A stretch of 64,000 bases of DNA from Aplysia californica (taxonomy: Eukaryota), in contig NW_004797410.1 in assembly GCF_000002075.1 (NCBI RefSeq), forward strand, positions 146,815 through 210,814. Reading direction: 5' to 3'. Under the pieces are notes generated by a model that saw only the letters and a program-made list of their open reading frames with translations, did not search any database and was not told the DNA's origin. A program made the translations under genes and the position numbers. Each line of letters begins with the position of its first letter. The stretch's first letter is position 1. This document shows positions 12,296-29,741 of this stretch, piece after piece.

Positions 12296-15200
12296 CAGAA
12301 TTCAAAAGGAGTAAAACATACTGTACAAATGATCACAAGTCAAAATGATGTTTCATTATTATCAAACGCTTTAATTAACGCCTGTTCCGGCATGTTTATT
12401 GTTACTGAAAGACACTCAAAAAAGCGAGAACAGTGAGAACACAGGCAAAGGTAACACTAGTTTGTGGTCTTTTGCTCTACAATATGCCTGCTACTGTCCT
12501 TTGTCAATTCACCTCAAGCTTACAGCCAGATTAAGATACTAAGCAAATGATGGCGCCATTGCATTTCTTCAAACACCCCCATTTAAGAGGATGGACTTTT
12601 CCGGCTTGTTTCCGGTTTCTCTCAAGAACTTTTTTATATGCAAAAGATAAAATCTGGTCTTGAAATTTGTACTGGAATACTCACCATAAAAATAAATGAA
12701 CAATTTGTAGATGTTTCAATGTCTATACATCTTTCCATTAGTAAAACTGTCCGAGGCTTTCACCACCCTGATCTAAGAAATAAAGATCATTCTTGGACAA
12801 AAACTTTTGAGGACACAAAACTGATTTATGCTTTCCTATGATAAAAATAAGTAACGCAAGAAACACGCACGTCCTAACAGCTCCTTCAAAGAATGGCCAT
12901 TACCGAAGAAGATGACATTGTTTCATATCTGTGCTTGATGAAATTAGGTGAAAGACATTTTCCAAACACATTTTCACCATCTTCACTAACTGACACAAAG
13001 AAAAGAGAAGCTTGAATGTACAGTGACTGAGCACATTGCAACCTAGTTAGACCCACTTTTCAGCATCGATAAATGAAAAACACTAAGAATAAAAACGCAT
13101 CCTGAACAATGACTAAATTAAAGCGACTGGAAAAATTAATTCAACAATGGCAGCTCTAAAATAGAAAACAGGAAAGTGTAAAAACGGAATGATGAAGAAA
13201 GCAAAGGAACTTGGTATTTGTTCACAGGAGCCTAGTCATTTGTTACCGAATCCTTGATCGTACCACAAATCAGTTTGAAACCACCAAAATGTCAGCAGCA
13301 TCTTTTACATCAAACTTTAACAATACAGAACATAATATATTTAATACAACATCTGCTTACCAAAACTGAGCTAGAAACAATATCATTAAGACTCAAGCAA
13401 CGATTTTCTGTAACTCTGCGTATGGGTACCAAGTTTATAGTTCCAGCTGCAATCATGTCTAACATGTATGAAACATCTTATTATAAATGACAAAAGTATA
13501 CAGCCCATTTCTTAGCATAAAAGTCACTCTTAAACAGACTATTCACCTTGTTAAGTCTCCACATGGTATGTACCATTTTATCCTTTGACAACCTGGATGT
13601 TCAGTAACATAACACAATAATGCAAAAGACTGTTAGAAAACATATTTTTTTATAACCGATTAGATATATAATATATTAGATTCTATCCAGGTACCCTTTA
13701 GGAATAAAAAAGCCAAGGAAAACAAAAAAATGTTCGTTTAAGTCAGTTCAATGCTCAGTGGTTTGGCAATGACAATGGAAAAGCTTGATGATCGTTTTTC
13801 TGTTCAAACATTATTACCTTTTTTTTTCTTTACACGTGTACGTTACACAATATAAGAACACAACTAATATTACTTTTGTCTGTATTAAAAAATGTTCAAC
13901 ACAATACAACATAAAAGAACGTACATGATTTCCAGACTTACTACACCAAAATGTTCATTCTTCATCACATCATGCATAATTACTCTTCTTTCAATCTTTC
14001 CACATTTGTCAGTCTCTTTTTCTTCATTCTCCTGCTAGATCACAGGGGGTAGCTGACCTTTGGTTCCTCAGCCAACAATATAATTGCATTTTTCTAGCAC
14101 AGATAGTTTATGCAGAGGATATGCATGTTCCCTTCATTTTGAACATTCCATTGTCAAATTTTACATTTTTCCCCCCTTAAAGTTAATATGGCACTTTTTG
14201 AAAAGCTTGTTTTGTATTTTTTTCTAAGCAATCGAAAAAGCCTCATTACTAATAGATTTGCACTTCACCAAAGGGTGGTGATAGACAGGAAAACAGCAAA
14301 GACTTGTCCATATAATTCAAAAGGTGTTACTTTATGTCATTACAATGACAGCAAAAAGCTGGACTTGAAAATTTTTTATTTTGTTCTTTTCTTGACAACA
14401 ATACTAACCTCTCAAGTCATAATGGTCCTTTTTTTCCATCCAAATATAAAGGGATTTGTTGGACAATGGCATAGGACCTGAAGTCCAACATTTCCCATCA
14501 GAAATAGAACAACCGTACTTTCAACGTCGGTACAATTACAATTCTCCAGTACTCTAAACATCCATACTTTATTGAGCACTTCTTCCACTCATACAAACAT
14601 TCTCAGGCCCCACATTTTTCACAAACGCATATAAATATGCAAAATGACCGAGTCATAGGCTGAGCAAAGAGATTGAAAAACAGTCCAAATGTTTTCCACA
14701 GGAAACAACTGAAGGCTTGCAGGGCAAGAACTGATAGGAACATTCCAGCACGTAGTGACCAATAGAGCAAAAACAAAAATAGATCATGAGTCACAACCTG
14801 TGTAATCAAGTTTTGAGAACTTTATTGTACTACAATCAAAGAGTAAAACTAAGGGCCCAAATCTCCATCGCATTATATGACTTAGAGTACAGAAACTCCA
14901 TTGCTGCTATGCTGAAACACAGTAACAGTTTTTTTACAAGGAAAGACAATCTTTGAAAAGACACCGAGGTACCCAAAGGAGAACTAACATTCAAAGTCAG
15001 CCAAAACACCTTTTTTTTCCTTCTTATAATCCTCACTCAACCCAAAAAAAATACAGCCCATTAAAAAAGAAGTAACCACCCCGGTGGAGAACGTAACAAT
15101 GATGGGTGGGTATACTTGATCTTCACCTTCTTACATTTGCAGTTGATGAAATAAAATCTGAAGTTCTGAATAGGAAACAAAGATTTTGTAACTTATTTTA

Positions 15201-16753
15201 TTATAGCTTGGTAATCATGAATTTCAATCAGCCTGACAAGACAGAAGATTACATCAATTGAGTTCTATTTTCACATGGAAAAGTCATCCACCTGCAGAAT
15301 TTTTTTTTTAAAAGGCAAACCCAAATAACAAAACAACCGGTCTATGACACATGCACTTGCATCAAAATCATGCCACCTTGGAAAAATGCTTTGAGTTTAC
15401 GCTGCTGTTGAGTGAATGTCAAAATTTCAGTCTCAAAAATGAGTCAGCACCATATCAGCCATGTTTTGCCAGGAACAGACAAGGGCAATGGTAACGATGA
15501 AAAGAAGTACAAGAAGCAGACAGCACCACTGTGCTTACCAGCCACAAGCCCACAGTGCAATACTTCAAGTTCAAACCTGAACTGGCACGTCAGAATACAA
15601 TGTGCAGAAAAAACATTTGACCGACAACAGAGGGAAAAATTAAAAAGAGACAATTTTCAACCAGAGAATAAAACGGTTTTCCATAGTCAACCTTCACTGG
15701 CAAATGTGCTCTACACTCCCAACAAAACAGCCATAAACAGGTCCTAGCTAAGCAGTGAAAAGGAAAAACAAAGCTCCCAGGACTTTACTTGTCAGGTAAA
15801 AATGAAGCAGAACATACTGCAAAGAGGATAAATAGCAAGCAAAAGAGGTCACCAACATAAAGATATTGATCTATAAGAGTTAAGTGGCTCGAGGACTATG
15901 TTGCAGGTGTAATCAAATATTCAAATCTAGAAATGAAATATATCTTTCCACTATCTAGACCAGTTATATTGTAAAGCAAAAGGCCCTTAACAGGACTTCA
16001 CTGGAAAAACTGCATCTTATAAATCTCATACCCTTAACATTTTGTGTATCTCATAAATTGTTATCACATACAAGTGTCTTGAAAGATTTAAGTGAAGTGA
16101 AAAAAAAAAGACACAGACCACAAGAGCAGAGGAGAGAAGCTGATTATAAATCTGGCTATTAACATGAAATATTTATTTTCATTTTACAATCAGTATGTCG
16201 TAAAGCTTTCAAAGAGTTTTAAGAGAACCGCTGATTTGAAGCCTAAACAGCAGTCAAAAAAGGATTATGAATTAAAGTGGGCTCCACAATAAAGAGATGT
16301 TACTAGTTCAAAATCTGTACCCCTTTCAAAACTTGGACAAGTGATTTGGGTTGTAATCCTAATATGTAAAAAATATTTGAGAGTGAGGTATCAGCAGCCT
16401 ACAGGAATACACACAAATTAATAGTTGTTCTGCATTTTTTTCTATTATAAGCATTTCATTTCACTTCCAAATGCAAAGTAGTGACACCAAAAAGCACTTG
16501 ACAGGCTACAGCTAAAATTGAAACCAAGGTAAAATATGGAAGTTAAAATCAGACCGTTTCCATCAACAGAGACTCATACCCAATTCATCAGAGTTTATGT
16601 CAACCCACACAATTTATTAATCAAATACACACCTTTCATTATTTTCTCCAACAGATTTATTAAAAGAGCTTCCTACAGATGACAAGTGCGACAGTCCTAA
16701 TTTCTCACTTGAACTTTAATCTCATCCAGACATGTCGCACAGACATAATAATA

Positions 16754-17099
16754 CAGACTTCATTCAAAATAAGTTAAGGACCATCTTGACAGACAGCCCC
16801 GATTTTTTATTAACCCCCCAAAAGACAGCAAGGAATGTTTCAAATTGTTTTGCTGTGAAAGTGTTGATGGTTAACTGCAAAGCTGCCTCCTAAAGGGGCA
16901 AAACCACCAAGTGTAGAAGGAAATCCTCGAGGAATTTTAGCCAAATTTGCCGGGTTTTTTCGACTTGTGTGCGACACCACGGACATTCCTCAGTTAAAAT
17001 TTTTGGTGTATCAAGCCACTGGATCAGTCCAAGAACGCCCACATGCAGGAAGACCACTCAGAGTGTTTGTAAGTGGTCCTTAACTTATGTTGAAGTCTG
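16754..17099. mobile_element. Tc1/mariner-type MITE with TA target duplication
   Basis: TA|cagacttca..aaataagttaaggacca ... tggtccttaacttatgttgaagtctg|TA; about 40-bp imperfect TIRs. Confidence 0.75.
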
Positions 17100-19088
17100 T
17101 ATGTATATATCATACTTTGGAGCACAAGATATGGGTGGATATCGATGACAACCATTACTTGAGACATTCAATCAATGGCAAACAATATATTTAATCATTC
17201 AACACTGGGAAAGTGTACATAATATTTCAAGGATGAAGTGGCATTAATAACAGAACAAGTAAATGAGATGTCAGCTTTTTATGTTGAAATCTTTACAGCT
17301 AGTTAAGATCGTTCCGGGCAAAACTGCTGATGATCTTTTTTTACACCAACAGTAATGACACAATTATTTGAATTCAAATTTAAATGCTTCATACATTGTA
17401 TTCATAAATATTACCCACAAAACTATTCCATTTCTATTTATGTTCCCACTGGTTTTTCTAAATGATAGATAATTTAAAAAAAACAAACAAGCAAGCCAAA
17501 TTGTACACACAACTTTCTCTCAAAAACTGTTTTCTTTAAACTTATACTTTGTATCCCAATGCTACCTAATTCATAAAGTACCTGTTATTATGTATCTTAT
17601 CTTATCTTATCTTATCTATAAATTCTTTACAAAAAAAATGTTCCAGTGATATAATTCCCAGCATTTTCAGGTTGTCTTATGCGATGTCATCACAAAATAG
17701 TTAATAAAATACTGCCCTTTCTTTGATAAAAACAAAATGTATCCTCTTTATTAAATTGACTCTTAACTGTGTTTGCTTGACATGATGGAATAGCATTAGT
17801 TAAAGGCTCCTCTCTGCACATCTGTACAGTGATGCCAGGACATCAAAAAGAGATCACCAACAGAATCCTCATCATGTTTAACAACTGAGCAAACAGAGAA
17901 ACTGATAATAGCAACAAAAACTTTACAAATATATGCTTTGTTATGATGCGCCTGAACTGAAGCAACAATGAACAAAAGAACGTTTCTTGAGTAACAACAG
18001 AATGTCAAAGTGTGTTAAGCACATCATGTCACTGAACTGAGTCACAAACCTTGCTTTGAGACTTCTCCGCCCCCATGAACTGTGGCGCATGTTATGTGGA
18101 CTCATTTATGCTAAGCATTTCCTTGTGTTCACTTGTGTTAATGACCATTTACTACATGAATTATGACCATTTACACAATGTTGACCAATTATGCTCTAGA
18201 AGTCATCAAGCACCTATTGCCTCCCTTCATGTTTCCCTTTTACTAGAACAATAAAAGCTCCACAGAAAGGAGAGTCATTAGAGTGAGAACACAACTTGTT
18301 ACTGTATAGAATTTCACCTTCACTGTACTTTTAAAACTTTGGAGATGACCTGTGGGCTTACCACTGTCATTTTCCTGGAAGAGAGTCTGCGTTGTACAAC
18401 AGCATATGTCAACTATACCAAGGCAGTAAGTCTTTATAGTCAAGATGAATCAACCAAAACCCATACCTAAATATTATCATAAATGACATTTGTATACTTC
18501 CCTTTAGATTGAAAAGAAAAGAGGCAACATCAGAAAGCATTACTGGCTGCCATAAAATACACAATTGTACAATGCAAGAGTTTATCTTTTAACTAAAAGA
18601 AGCCAGCACTGCAAACAGGAATAATATCCAATGTTCTCCCACTGGTGCAACTATAAACATTAGCTACATCTGGCATTAAAAACATTTGATTAAATTCTAT
18701 TCAAAATCAAGCTCAATGACAGAAAAGAAGAGACTTGTAGAAATGAATGGAGCCATAAAAATGTTCTGAGTTCTGTAAATCAAAAGAAAACAATGTAAAA
18801 TCTAGTTCAGGATTGGTAACACAGACAGATTAGCTTATGCCGAGATGGTAAATTTAACTGATGAAACATTGTGTTAGGCCATCATAGCAGACCACCATGA
18901 CAAACATATGGTGCTTTGAGGTTGCACAAAGGCAGCTGATTATACTATCACCCCCCTTCAAACATTTCTGCTGACAGCCTTAGCAAGGGAGATACACTGC
19001 TCTCCCAAAAACCAGACAATTGACCGTTTGGTTCAGGGAGGGGGCTTCTGTTGTGAGCATTGAGAACATCATCTCATTATAAGAAATA

Positions 19089-20744
<1,656 letters not shown>

Positions 20745-21576
20745 TCAAGTCATCAGGCCATTCATCTTGTCAAAGCACAAGGACAAAATTATGGTCAAGT
20801 ACCACAGGCAAAAATCAAGGTAACAGTCTGAGTTAATCAGATGCACACCAACATAACTCTAAGCTATAGCTAGGAAAAATCAAGAGAGACACTAATACGA
20901 TAATGGCTGCATTTCTCCTAAAACAGATTTAAGTTCCATGGCAGTGATAAATTTCATGAAAGGCACACTAAGCCAGATGCTATAAGAGATAAAAGATCAA
21001 ACTTTGCAGGCAGCTCGTATTACATTAAGATGCTGGCATTGATCACTTTTTGGGTACATTTATATAACTGGAAGGCATCTTCTTTAAAGTCTGACATTTT
21101 ATACAAGCCTTAATTTGGCTCGTTTCGATCAATATGGAATGCTGAAATTAAGGGAGAACTTCACCCACAATGAACGCTGAGGCCCCCAAACTTCCAGTAA
21201 TCAGACCCGAATGAAAATGCTTTCAGTGCATGAGTTGGAGAAGAAAGACAGACAGGGGTAACAGAAGGAAAGAAAGAAGTGCGACATACAGTGCGACATA
21301 CAAATTACACCCTCCAACCTAAACTCACAGGACACAATGGCACTTGGCTTGTTAGCTGTGGTATTTTCCTTTGATAAAAGTATTATGAGGAAACGGTACA
21401 AATAATTCCTTGTAACTGTATGGACAACAGCAACATCAAATGAGAGAAGCAAACACCAGAGCGTTCACTGACCACCCCCACCCTGCACAAAGTATTCAAA
21501 TTTTTAAAAGTTACAGAAACATGACATTGAATAGCATGAAAACTCTTCACACTCCCCAGGTCGAAATCAAGTCTTA

Positions 21577-21711
<135 letters not shown>

Positions 21712-22059
21712 TTATAATTATCATTTCAAGGTGAGAGGACCTTACTATTATATCAAAACAGAAAAAATGAACTCTTCAGGCAAAGCCAAAGAGTGACTAC
21801 CTCCTACCCTGTGTTCATCTCGCTATGAATACAATATTTAACAAAACATTTTGATTATTTGGCACATAATAAAAGTAATAATAAATTGCAAGTAATCAGT
21901 TCACATCCTTGCTTAAAAGTAGGCACTATGTGCAATTTATTACCCTGACAGACTCTACAACATGCCGAAACATTCTCAGCTCTCTGAGAAACTTTCAGTG
22001 CAAGTTGTCGTTTTATTGGCACTCAAATATTCATTCACTGAAATGATTTTTCACAATCT

Positions 22060-22215
22060 TTTCCCCATACCCTTATAAACCTGGGTGAAGAGAGAAAAAT
22101 ATGTGTAAATCTCTTTCCAAATGACACAATAACAAGACCTGGACCGGGATTTGAACCCACCAGTGTAACCGCCAGACTACAGATGCAAAACTGAGCAATA
22201 CGTGCACCACATTCA
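22060..22215 (-). mobile_element. Degenerate tRNA-derived SINE
   Basis: B-box-like ggttcaaatcccggtcc on - followed by a gtgtcatttggaaagagattt core. Similar heads occur at about 2830-2890, 4335-4400, 57810-57880 and 63040-63097. Confidence 0.5.
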
Positions 22216-22385
22216 CTTTCCAGAACAAGGTCAGCATACTGCCACATAATTGTCATGATAAAAACTTAAGTGTCTCAAGACATGGCAAACACACCATAAT
22301 CAGAACACAAAAATTAAGCAAATTTAAAAAAAATAATGTAAAGTTTTATTTGCCTGCACCGTCATCTGCTTTACACCTAAGGTCA

Positions 22386-22559
<174 letters not shown>

Positions 22560-22781
22560 TCAAATTCCGAAAGGTAAACCTTGATGCCTTTTATTTAGAG
22601 CAGAGCTGTAAACCAGTGAAGCAGGTTTGTCAATTTTTTCAAAACCCAATAAGGGAGAACCAACACTGCTTCATTTAATTACATAACAACCGGCAAAATT
22701 GCATCAGGTGGGTCTGGTTTTGTTGTAGTGTACGTGATATATATAGCCAGTCAAAGTGGTGGAGGTTAATTTGTCATATTA

Positions 22782-23793
22782 TAGACCTGCATGTGAGCCT
22801 CAACCAGATTGTCTGAAAATTTTGCGCACNNNNNNNNNNNNNNNNNNNNNNNNNNNNNNNNNNNNNNNNNNNNNNNNNNNNNNNNNNNNNNNNNNNNNNN
22901 NNNNNNNNNNNNNNNNNNNNNNNNNNNNNNNNNNNNNNNNNNNNNNNNNNNNNNNNNNNNNNNNNNNNNNNNNNNNNNNNNNNNNAAACAAGTCCTAAAT
23001 GAAAAAAAAAAAAAAATTAAAAAACCACACTCCAAAACCAACAAGGAGCATATAATCTAGATCTAGAATCTTATGGCTTACATCTAGATCTACATTGCTA
23101 TAGTGTTTGATACAATAACACAAGGCTCGATAACACAATAGAATTGGAATAAGAATCCTCCATATATAGATATCTAGTAATCTAAATAAATCTAGATCTA
23201 GATCTAGATCTTGTAGAACAAGTGAATAGGAATAGGCATTGAACTAGATCTAGATCTAGAAATCCGCATCCGATTCCGAACAAAGGGACTCAGCTGAGTC
23301 TAGATTCTAGATCTAGATCTAGATATATAGATCTAAATAAATAAATAATTCACGCACCTGATGAAATGCTTATTTTTTTTACCAATATTAATATTACAGC
23401 ACAACCTATGATAGGGTTTGACAAAATAGAATTGGAATATGAATCCTCCATTGAGGTCTATAATGATCTATATAATTCTATTAGAACAAGAGAGTCGGAC
23501 TTGAATGAATACACACGATCTGAACAATTGAATTAGTCAACAAACGAAATTCAAAATGGCCGCTCGAGCACGAAACTGAAACTAGATAATTTAGGTCGTC
23601 GTCCTTTTCGTATTCGCATTTCTACTTAGGTTCCGACAATTATGTCGGAAACGCAGACGTCGGCAGTCGGCACGAAAACGAAAGTGGCGACTAAGCCGAC
23701 GATACAGGTGGGCCTAGCGATAGCATCGGCCGGTTCGCGGGTCGGGTCGCGATTGTCGGATTTCAGACGATTGTCGGCAAACATGCAGGTCTA
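22782..23793. mobile_element. Non-autonomous TIR element (13-bp TIR TAGACCTGCATGT) with 6-bp target duplication ATATTA
   Basis: atatta|tagacctgcatgt ... acatgcaggtcta|atatta. Contains an N-gap, TCTAGA-type repeats and a CpG-rich right end. Confidence 0.75.
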
Positions 23794-24795
23794 ATATTAA
23801 ATTTCCTACTACAGAATCTTAGACAGTCTTGAGATATTATAAGTCAGTGCAGCAAGTCCTCCACGACCACACCAGCATTTCGCTAAAGACGTACACTGAA
23901 AAGAAGTAGACAGCCCAGAGCTCACCATAGTACCCACTATCTACCACTTTAACATCCACTAGTGTGGTACCTTGTTGTACTATGCTTGGGTTTTAGGGTG
24001 TAGGTCTAAACACACCAGACAAAAAAGAACTAATAGCCCCCCCAGCTAATATGCATGGTTCAGGATAAATGCACCAAAAACAGAAGAATATTAAAGTAGC
24101 CGACCATATAAATTCGAAGTCCATCTTCCAAAGAACTGCAATATATAGGAAAGAAAAAGGTGAATTTAACATGTCTTGACATCTTTTAATTTTCTTTTCG
24201 AGGTCTAATAAGCTACTAAACACTAAACACAGATAGGTCACACATCAAAGCAGCATGTACCCTAGCAGCGCTGAAAAGAAAGCAGAAGGGGAGAAAGAAG
24301 ATAGTACACTGTACACTAAAAAAAATACCACTCTTATACATCTGAGCTTATAAACATTCATTATGGATCAATAAGGTTACCCCCCCCCCCCTCAAGCCAC
24401 TTCTGATGTTGTTAGCGATCCAGAGGCCTCTTCTGATCAAAGACATATGAAGAGAAGATATACTCTGAATAAGCCATATTTCCGGTATTAAACAAAAACA
24501 TTATGCATATCGAGACAACATTTTTTGCGTACTATGACAAAAGAAAAGTGGACAATGTTTCGTTCACATAATCAAATTACAACTTCAATCTCTTGGCCTG
24601 TGCATCAAATCTAAAACTTCTCTAATCATGCTGCCTCAGTGCCACAGTGCTGCACAATGGGTGTACCCTGATTTTCAAATTCATAATGCAGAAGCACACA
24701 AAACATGAAATATAGTTTGACACTGCAGAAGCATTGAAAAAATACAAAAATAAACTGAGGACAACACAACACATACACCGCACTCTTTCCAGCTA

Positions 24796-25020
<225 letters not shown>

Positions 25021-25740
25021 TTACTTTTCTTTCTCAAACAACCAGGTAAAAGTAATGAATTTCGAGTTTAAAAAACATTTTTTTTTTTATATGAGGTGAG
25101 CACTGGTGAATTAAAGGTAAATCCTCATATTCTAGTCACATAATTGTGTATTCTTCACATCCTAACCTGATCTGGTCAGAACTAAATTTAGTTTATGAAG
25201 AATCTGTTTACTAGGCTAAAATGTTTCTCAGTTGTCTTTTGCAAACAGGACCAACAACACCCTACAACACCCTAAGTACCTCTAGAAACAATATCTTCCT
25301 GATTTATTATACTAAGTACTGCCCTAATAAGCAAAGATAAAACATCCTCAAAGCTAAATATGTTTATGAGAGAAACAGAATTTCCTACCCCTCCCCCCTC
25401 AACCCCCCCCCCCCAACAAATTACAATTCTCTTTTTTAACTAACAAACGGGTGGTATTATTTTGGGAGGTGTTTTTAATCTTTATGACAAATCAAACTGA
25501 CATAAAGCTAGAGCATTCAAGGCATTCAAACAAACTTGCATGTAAAATACACTATTTAATTAACTTTTACGACACTTAATCTTACATTCCAAATTCTGTA
25601 CAAGATGCACTGAATACATGAAACAAAAACTTATCAGCCTCATGTTTTTAAATATTTCTTCTTGAACTAATGCTGTGCTATCAAACTATTGAATATTCTG
25701 AAAAGGCAGAAGAAATACTATAAAAACTTGATCTACTCAC

Positions 25741-25798
25741 TGATGAAGACAAATATCTGGTGATGAGAGTATCGCAGAAGAGTAGAAACTGACACCGT
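25741..25798 (-). CDS. TMEM259: Membralin coding exon 7 (TVSVSTLLRYSHHQIFVFI)
   Basis: Conserved LLRYSHHQIFVFI motif; canonical splice sites. Confidence 0.95.
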
Positions 25799-26170
25799 CT
25801 GAAAAAGAAAAAAAAAAATCAAATTTTCAATCACAATTAGAATAAAAATTAAATCAATTAGGTCTTTTTTTGGACAAATTTGAGAAACTTGGCAGACTTT
25901 ATATATAAATATCAGGGTTTTTAAAAAAGTTAATACAGTTAGCACAGGTCAAATAAAAGTCAGTCCCATTTCACTAAAGTTAAATCACAATTTCATTTAT
26001 CAGAGACCAGATTCGGACAATGCAAGCGCATAAAAGAAGTAAAAGCAGACCACGCAAGAGTGCCTACTCACCATCGCTAGATGCAGAAAACCAAGATTTA
26101 ACATTAATGTTGATTTTTTTTAAAACAAGACAAACATGGTATAAAAATAATGACAGTATTTTTTTTATCA

Positions 26171-26425
<255 letters not shown>

Positions 26426-26757
26426 TCATTTGTTAGACGTTATAAGTTAAAAGAGAACAAATGAAGAATTCAAAATCGTTCATCATTACAACAGCAGCAA
26501 TATCTGAACAATAATAAACAGTTTTTATCATTGTCATGTAGACTTCAAATCTCCATGTACAATACACATGGAGAAAGGAGGTTAGATATAACAATGAAGA
26601 CAGCAATTACAAAATAATCTTCCACTTTACATGGATGGCTGGTATCCTCTCACACTGACACTGTGGATCTGTGAAGCCTTTACATTATGATACCAGGCCT
26701 TAAATCAAACACCTTTCACAAGAAAAATAAAACATTATATGCATTCAATGAGAGTCA

Positions 26758-26925
<168 letters not shown>

Positions 26926-27304
26926 CTACCTTGTAAACAATTTTGTTAAATATAATTAGAGGAGCAAATGAAGCAGTATAGAACTTTTCTCGTGAAATAA
27001 AGTCAGTCTTGTGAAAAAAAGCTTTGCTTAAAACAAAAACAAATAAAAACAAAGCTTTCCATATATTCATGTTGCGTTTACCATTGTGGAAGCTTTTCAA
27101 ATCGTAACATGCTTACATTGCAGGTACACATTTCATTTTGTCGAAAATAGTAGATTATATAGTATGTTGTATACATGACACTCAGTTTCAATGATCAATC
27201 ACAATTTCTCTTAAACTGGAAAGTAAACGTCTTCTACACTGATAAAAATAAGATAACCTATGAAGAAAGAGTCAACTTGCCAATATTGTGAAGTAATAAT
27301 TCTA

Positions 27305-27439
<135 letters not shown>

Positions 27440-28011
27440 TCAAATTTTAATTTCTCATTACATTATAACGAATAGGTATTAAATATTTATACCCCCCCCT
27501 CCCCTTAAACACGATACCTTTGATCTATCTCTAGGCAGCCATTGTTACTCATTGTAAAAATTCTTGCTACCAAGTTCAATATTCCCACAACAATGCACCA
27601 CATCAATCACTTTTCACTCTAAAGCCAAAAAACTTGTACAGGACAATTTTTTTTAAAAATGTGAAACTTGTGAGTTAGAACCACATCACTGCCAATAGCT
27701 GAAAATGAGCTATATGAATTTCTAACTCTACTTAGTCCCCACTCAATAGAAATGCAGCAACTAAAATTACCTTCTTCATTTTGAGAAAGACAAATAAGAT
27801 TTAGAGTAAAAATTCAGCTCACTTCAACTTTTTCAAAAGACAAAATCTTAATCGAAGCTTTTTTTTGCATATTAAAACAATCACAAAATAGCACGTCTCA
27901 GTGAAATCTTTTGGTACATAAACTTAGAAAAGATGAAATACTATAAATTTGAATTAGAATACCCCAGCTTGGCATTTATTTTTACGTTTTCTTCACACAA
28001 TCTCCACTCAC

Positions 28012-28208
28012 CAGCTCTTGCTAGCATTTCAAACTCACTCAGACCCTCTGACAATTGGGCCTTCATTGAGATGGCATCTGGTAAAGAGAAGTTGCGTCTG
28101 CTCTTGTTGCGGAATGTGCCCACAGAGATATCTTTATCCATGTCAGGCTGCTGCATATCCTCAGTATCATCAATATCCCAAAACCTCAAGCTACTCCCAA
28201 ACTGGAAG
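28012..28208 (-). CDS. TMEM259: Membralin coding exon 3 (variable region, ...SEFEMLARA)
   Basis: tttcag acceptor and gtgagt donor; the phases join exons 2 and 4 exactly in frame. Confidence 0.85.
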
Positions 28209-28606
28209 CTGAAACATTAACGAAAACAGTGCAGAAAAATATATTGGAACTGAAAAATAGTCAGCCTCATTTAATGTTTTGAAACAGTAGTAAGTGGGTG
28301 TGTCCGTCAACATGAAANNNNNNNNNNNNNNNNNNNNNNNNNNNNNNNNNNNNNNNNNNNNNNNNNNNNNNNNNNNNNNNNNNNNNNNNNNNNNNNNNNN
28401 NNNNNNNNNNNNNNNNNNNNNNNNNNNNNNNNNNNNNNNNNNNNNNNNNNNNNNNNNNNNNNNNNNNNNNNNNNNNNNNNNNNNNNNNNNNNNNNNNNNN
28501 NNNNNNNNNNNNNNNNNNAGTTTACAGTCCTTTTTAATCTATTTTACGAGAATAAAATCTCAGTGGAAAATGCATGCCACTTCATATTTTTCAGACAACA
28601 TACTCA

Positions 28607-29272
<666 letters not shown>

Positions 29273-29741
29273 TCAGAATACCGTTCCAGAAAAGGGTTGT
29301 GTGTTCTTTATAATCAATAAAGTATGGCATCACTCAACACAATCAGCATTATTTCTATGGCAGAGCACCTGATCTCAAATCAACATTTCATACACCAAAT
29401 AAAACATTCCAGGAAGAATAAAGTTCAGAACAAAAACATAATTTATGTTGACCAACTTTGTCAACTAACCGTACTTGCCACAGCATGGAAAATGCACCTG
29501 TTCACTTCTAAAACACTATTTATAAATATAACAGTAAAAAATCTGTGACTTTTCTATTTTTACTTTCATATCAAAAGAAAATGAAAATTATACATACACA
29601 GCAGGAACACAACATACCTTTTAAATCCATCATCACACCTCCAAGACCGAAAAAACCCCTCAGAAATGTATCATATACATAATACCCGTTTATAAAATCA
29701 ACAACTATTTAGACCCAAATTTATAATGCAAAAGTGCTTAT

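Noticed and set aside
16774-17083. Kolobok element TTAA|GGACCA...TGGTCC|TTAA
   Set aside because: The inverted repeat extends about 20 bp beyond both TTAA sites to TA-flanked CAG...CTG ends, so the TTAA is internal to a Tc1/mariner-type TIR.
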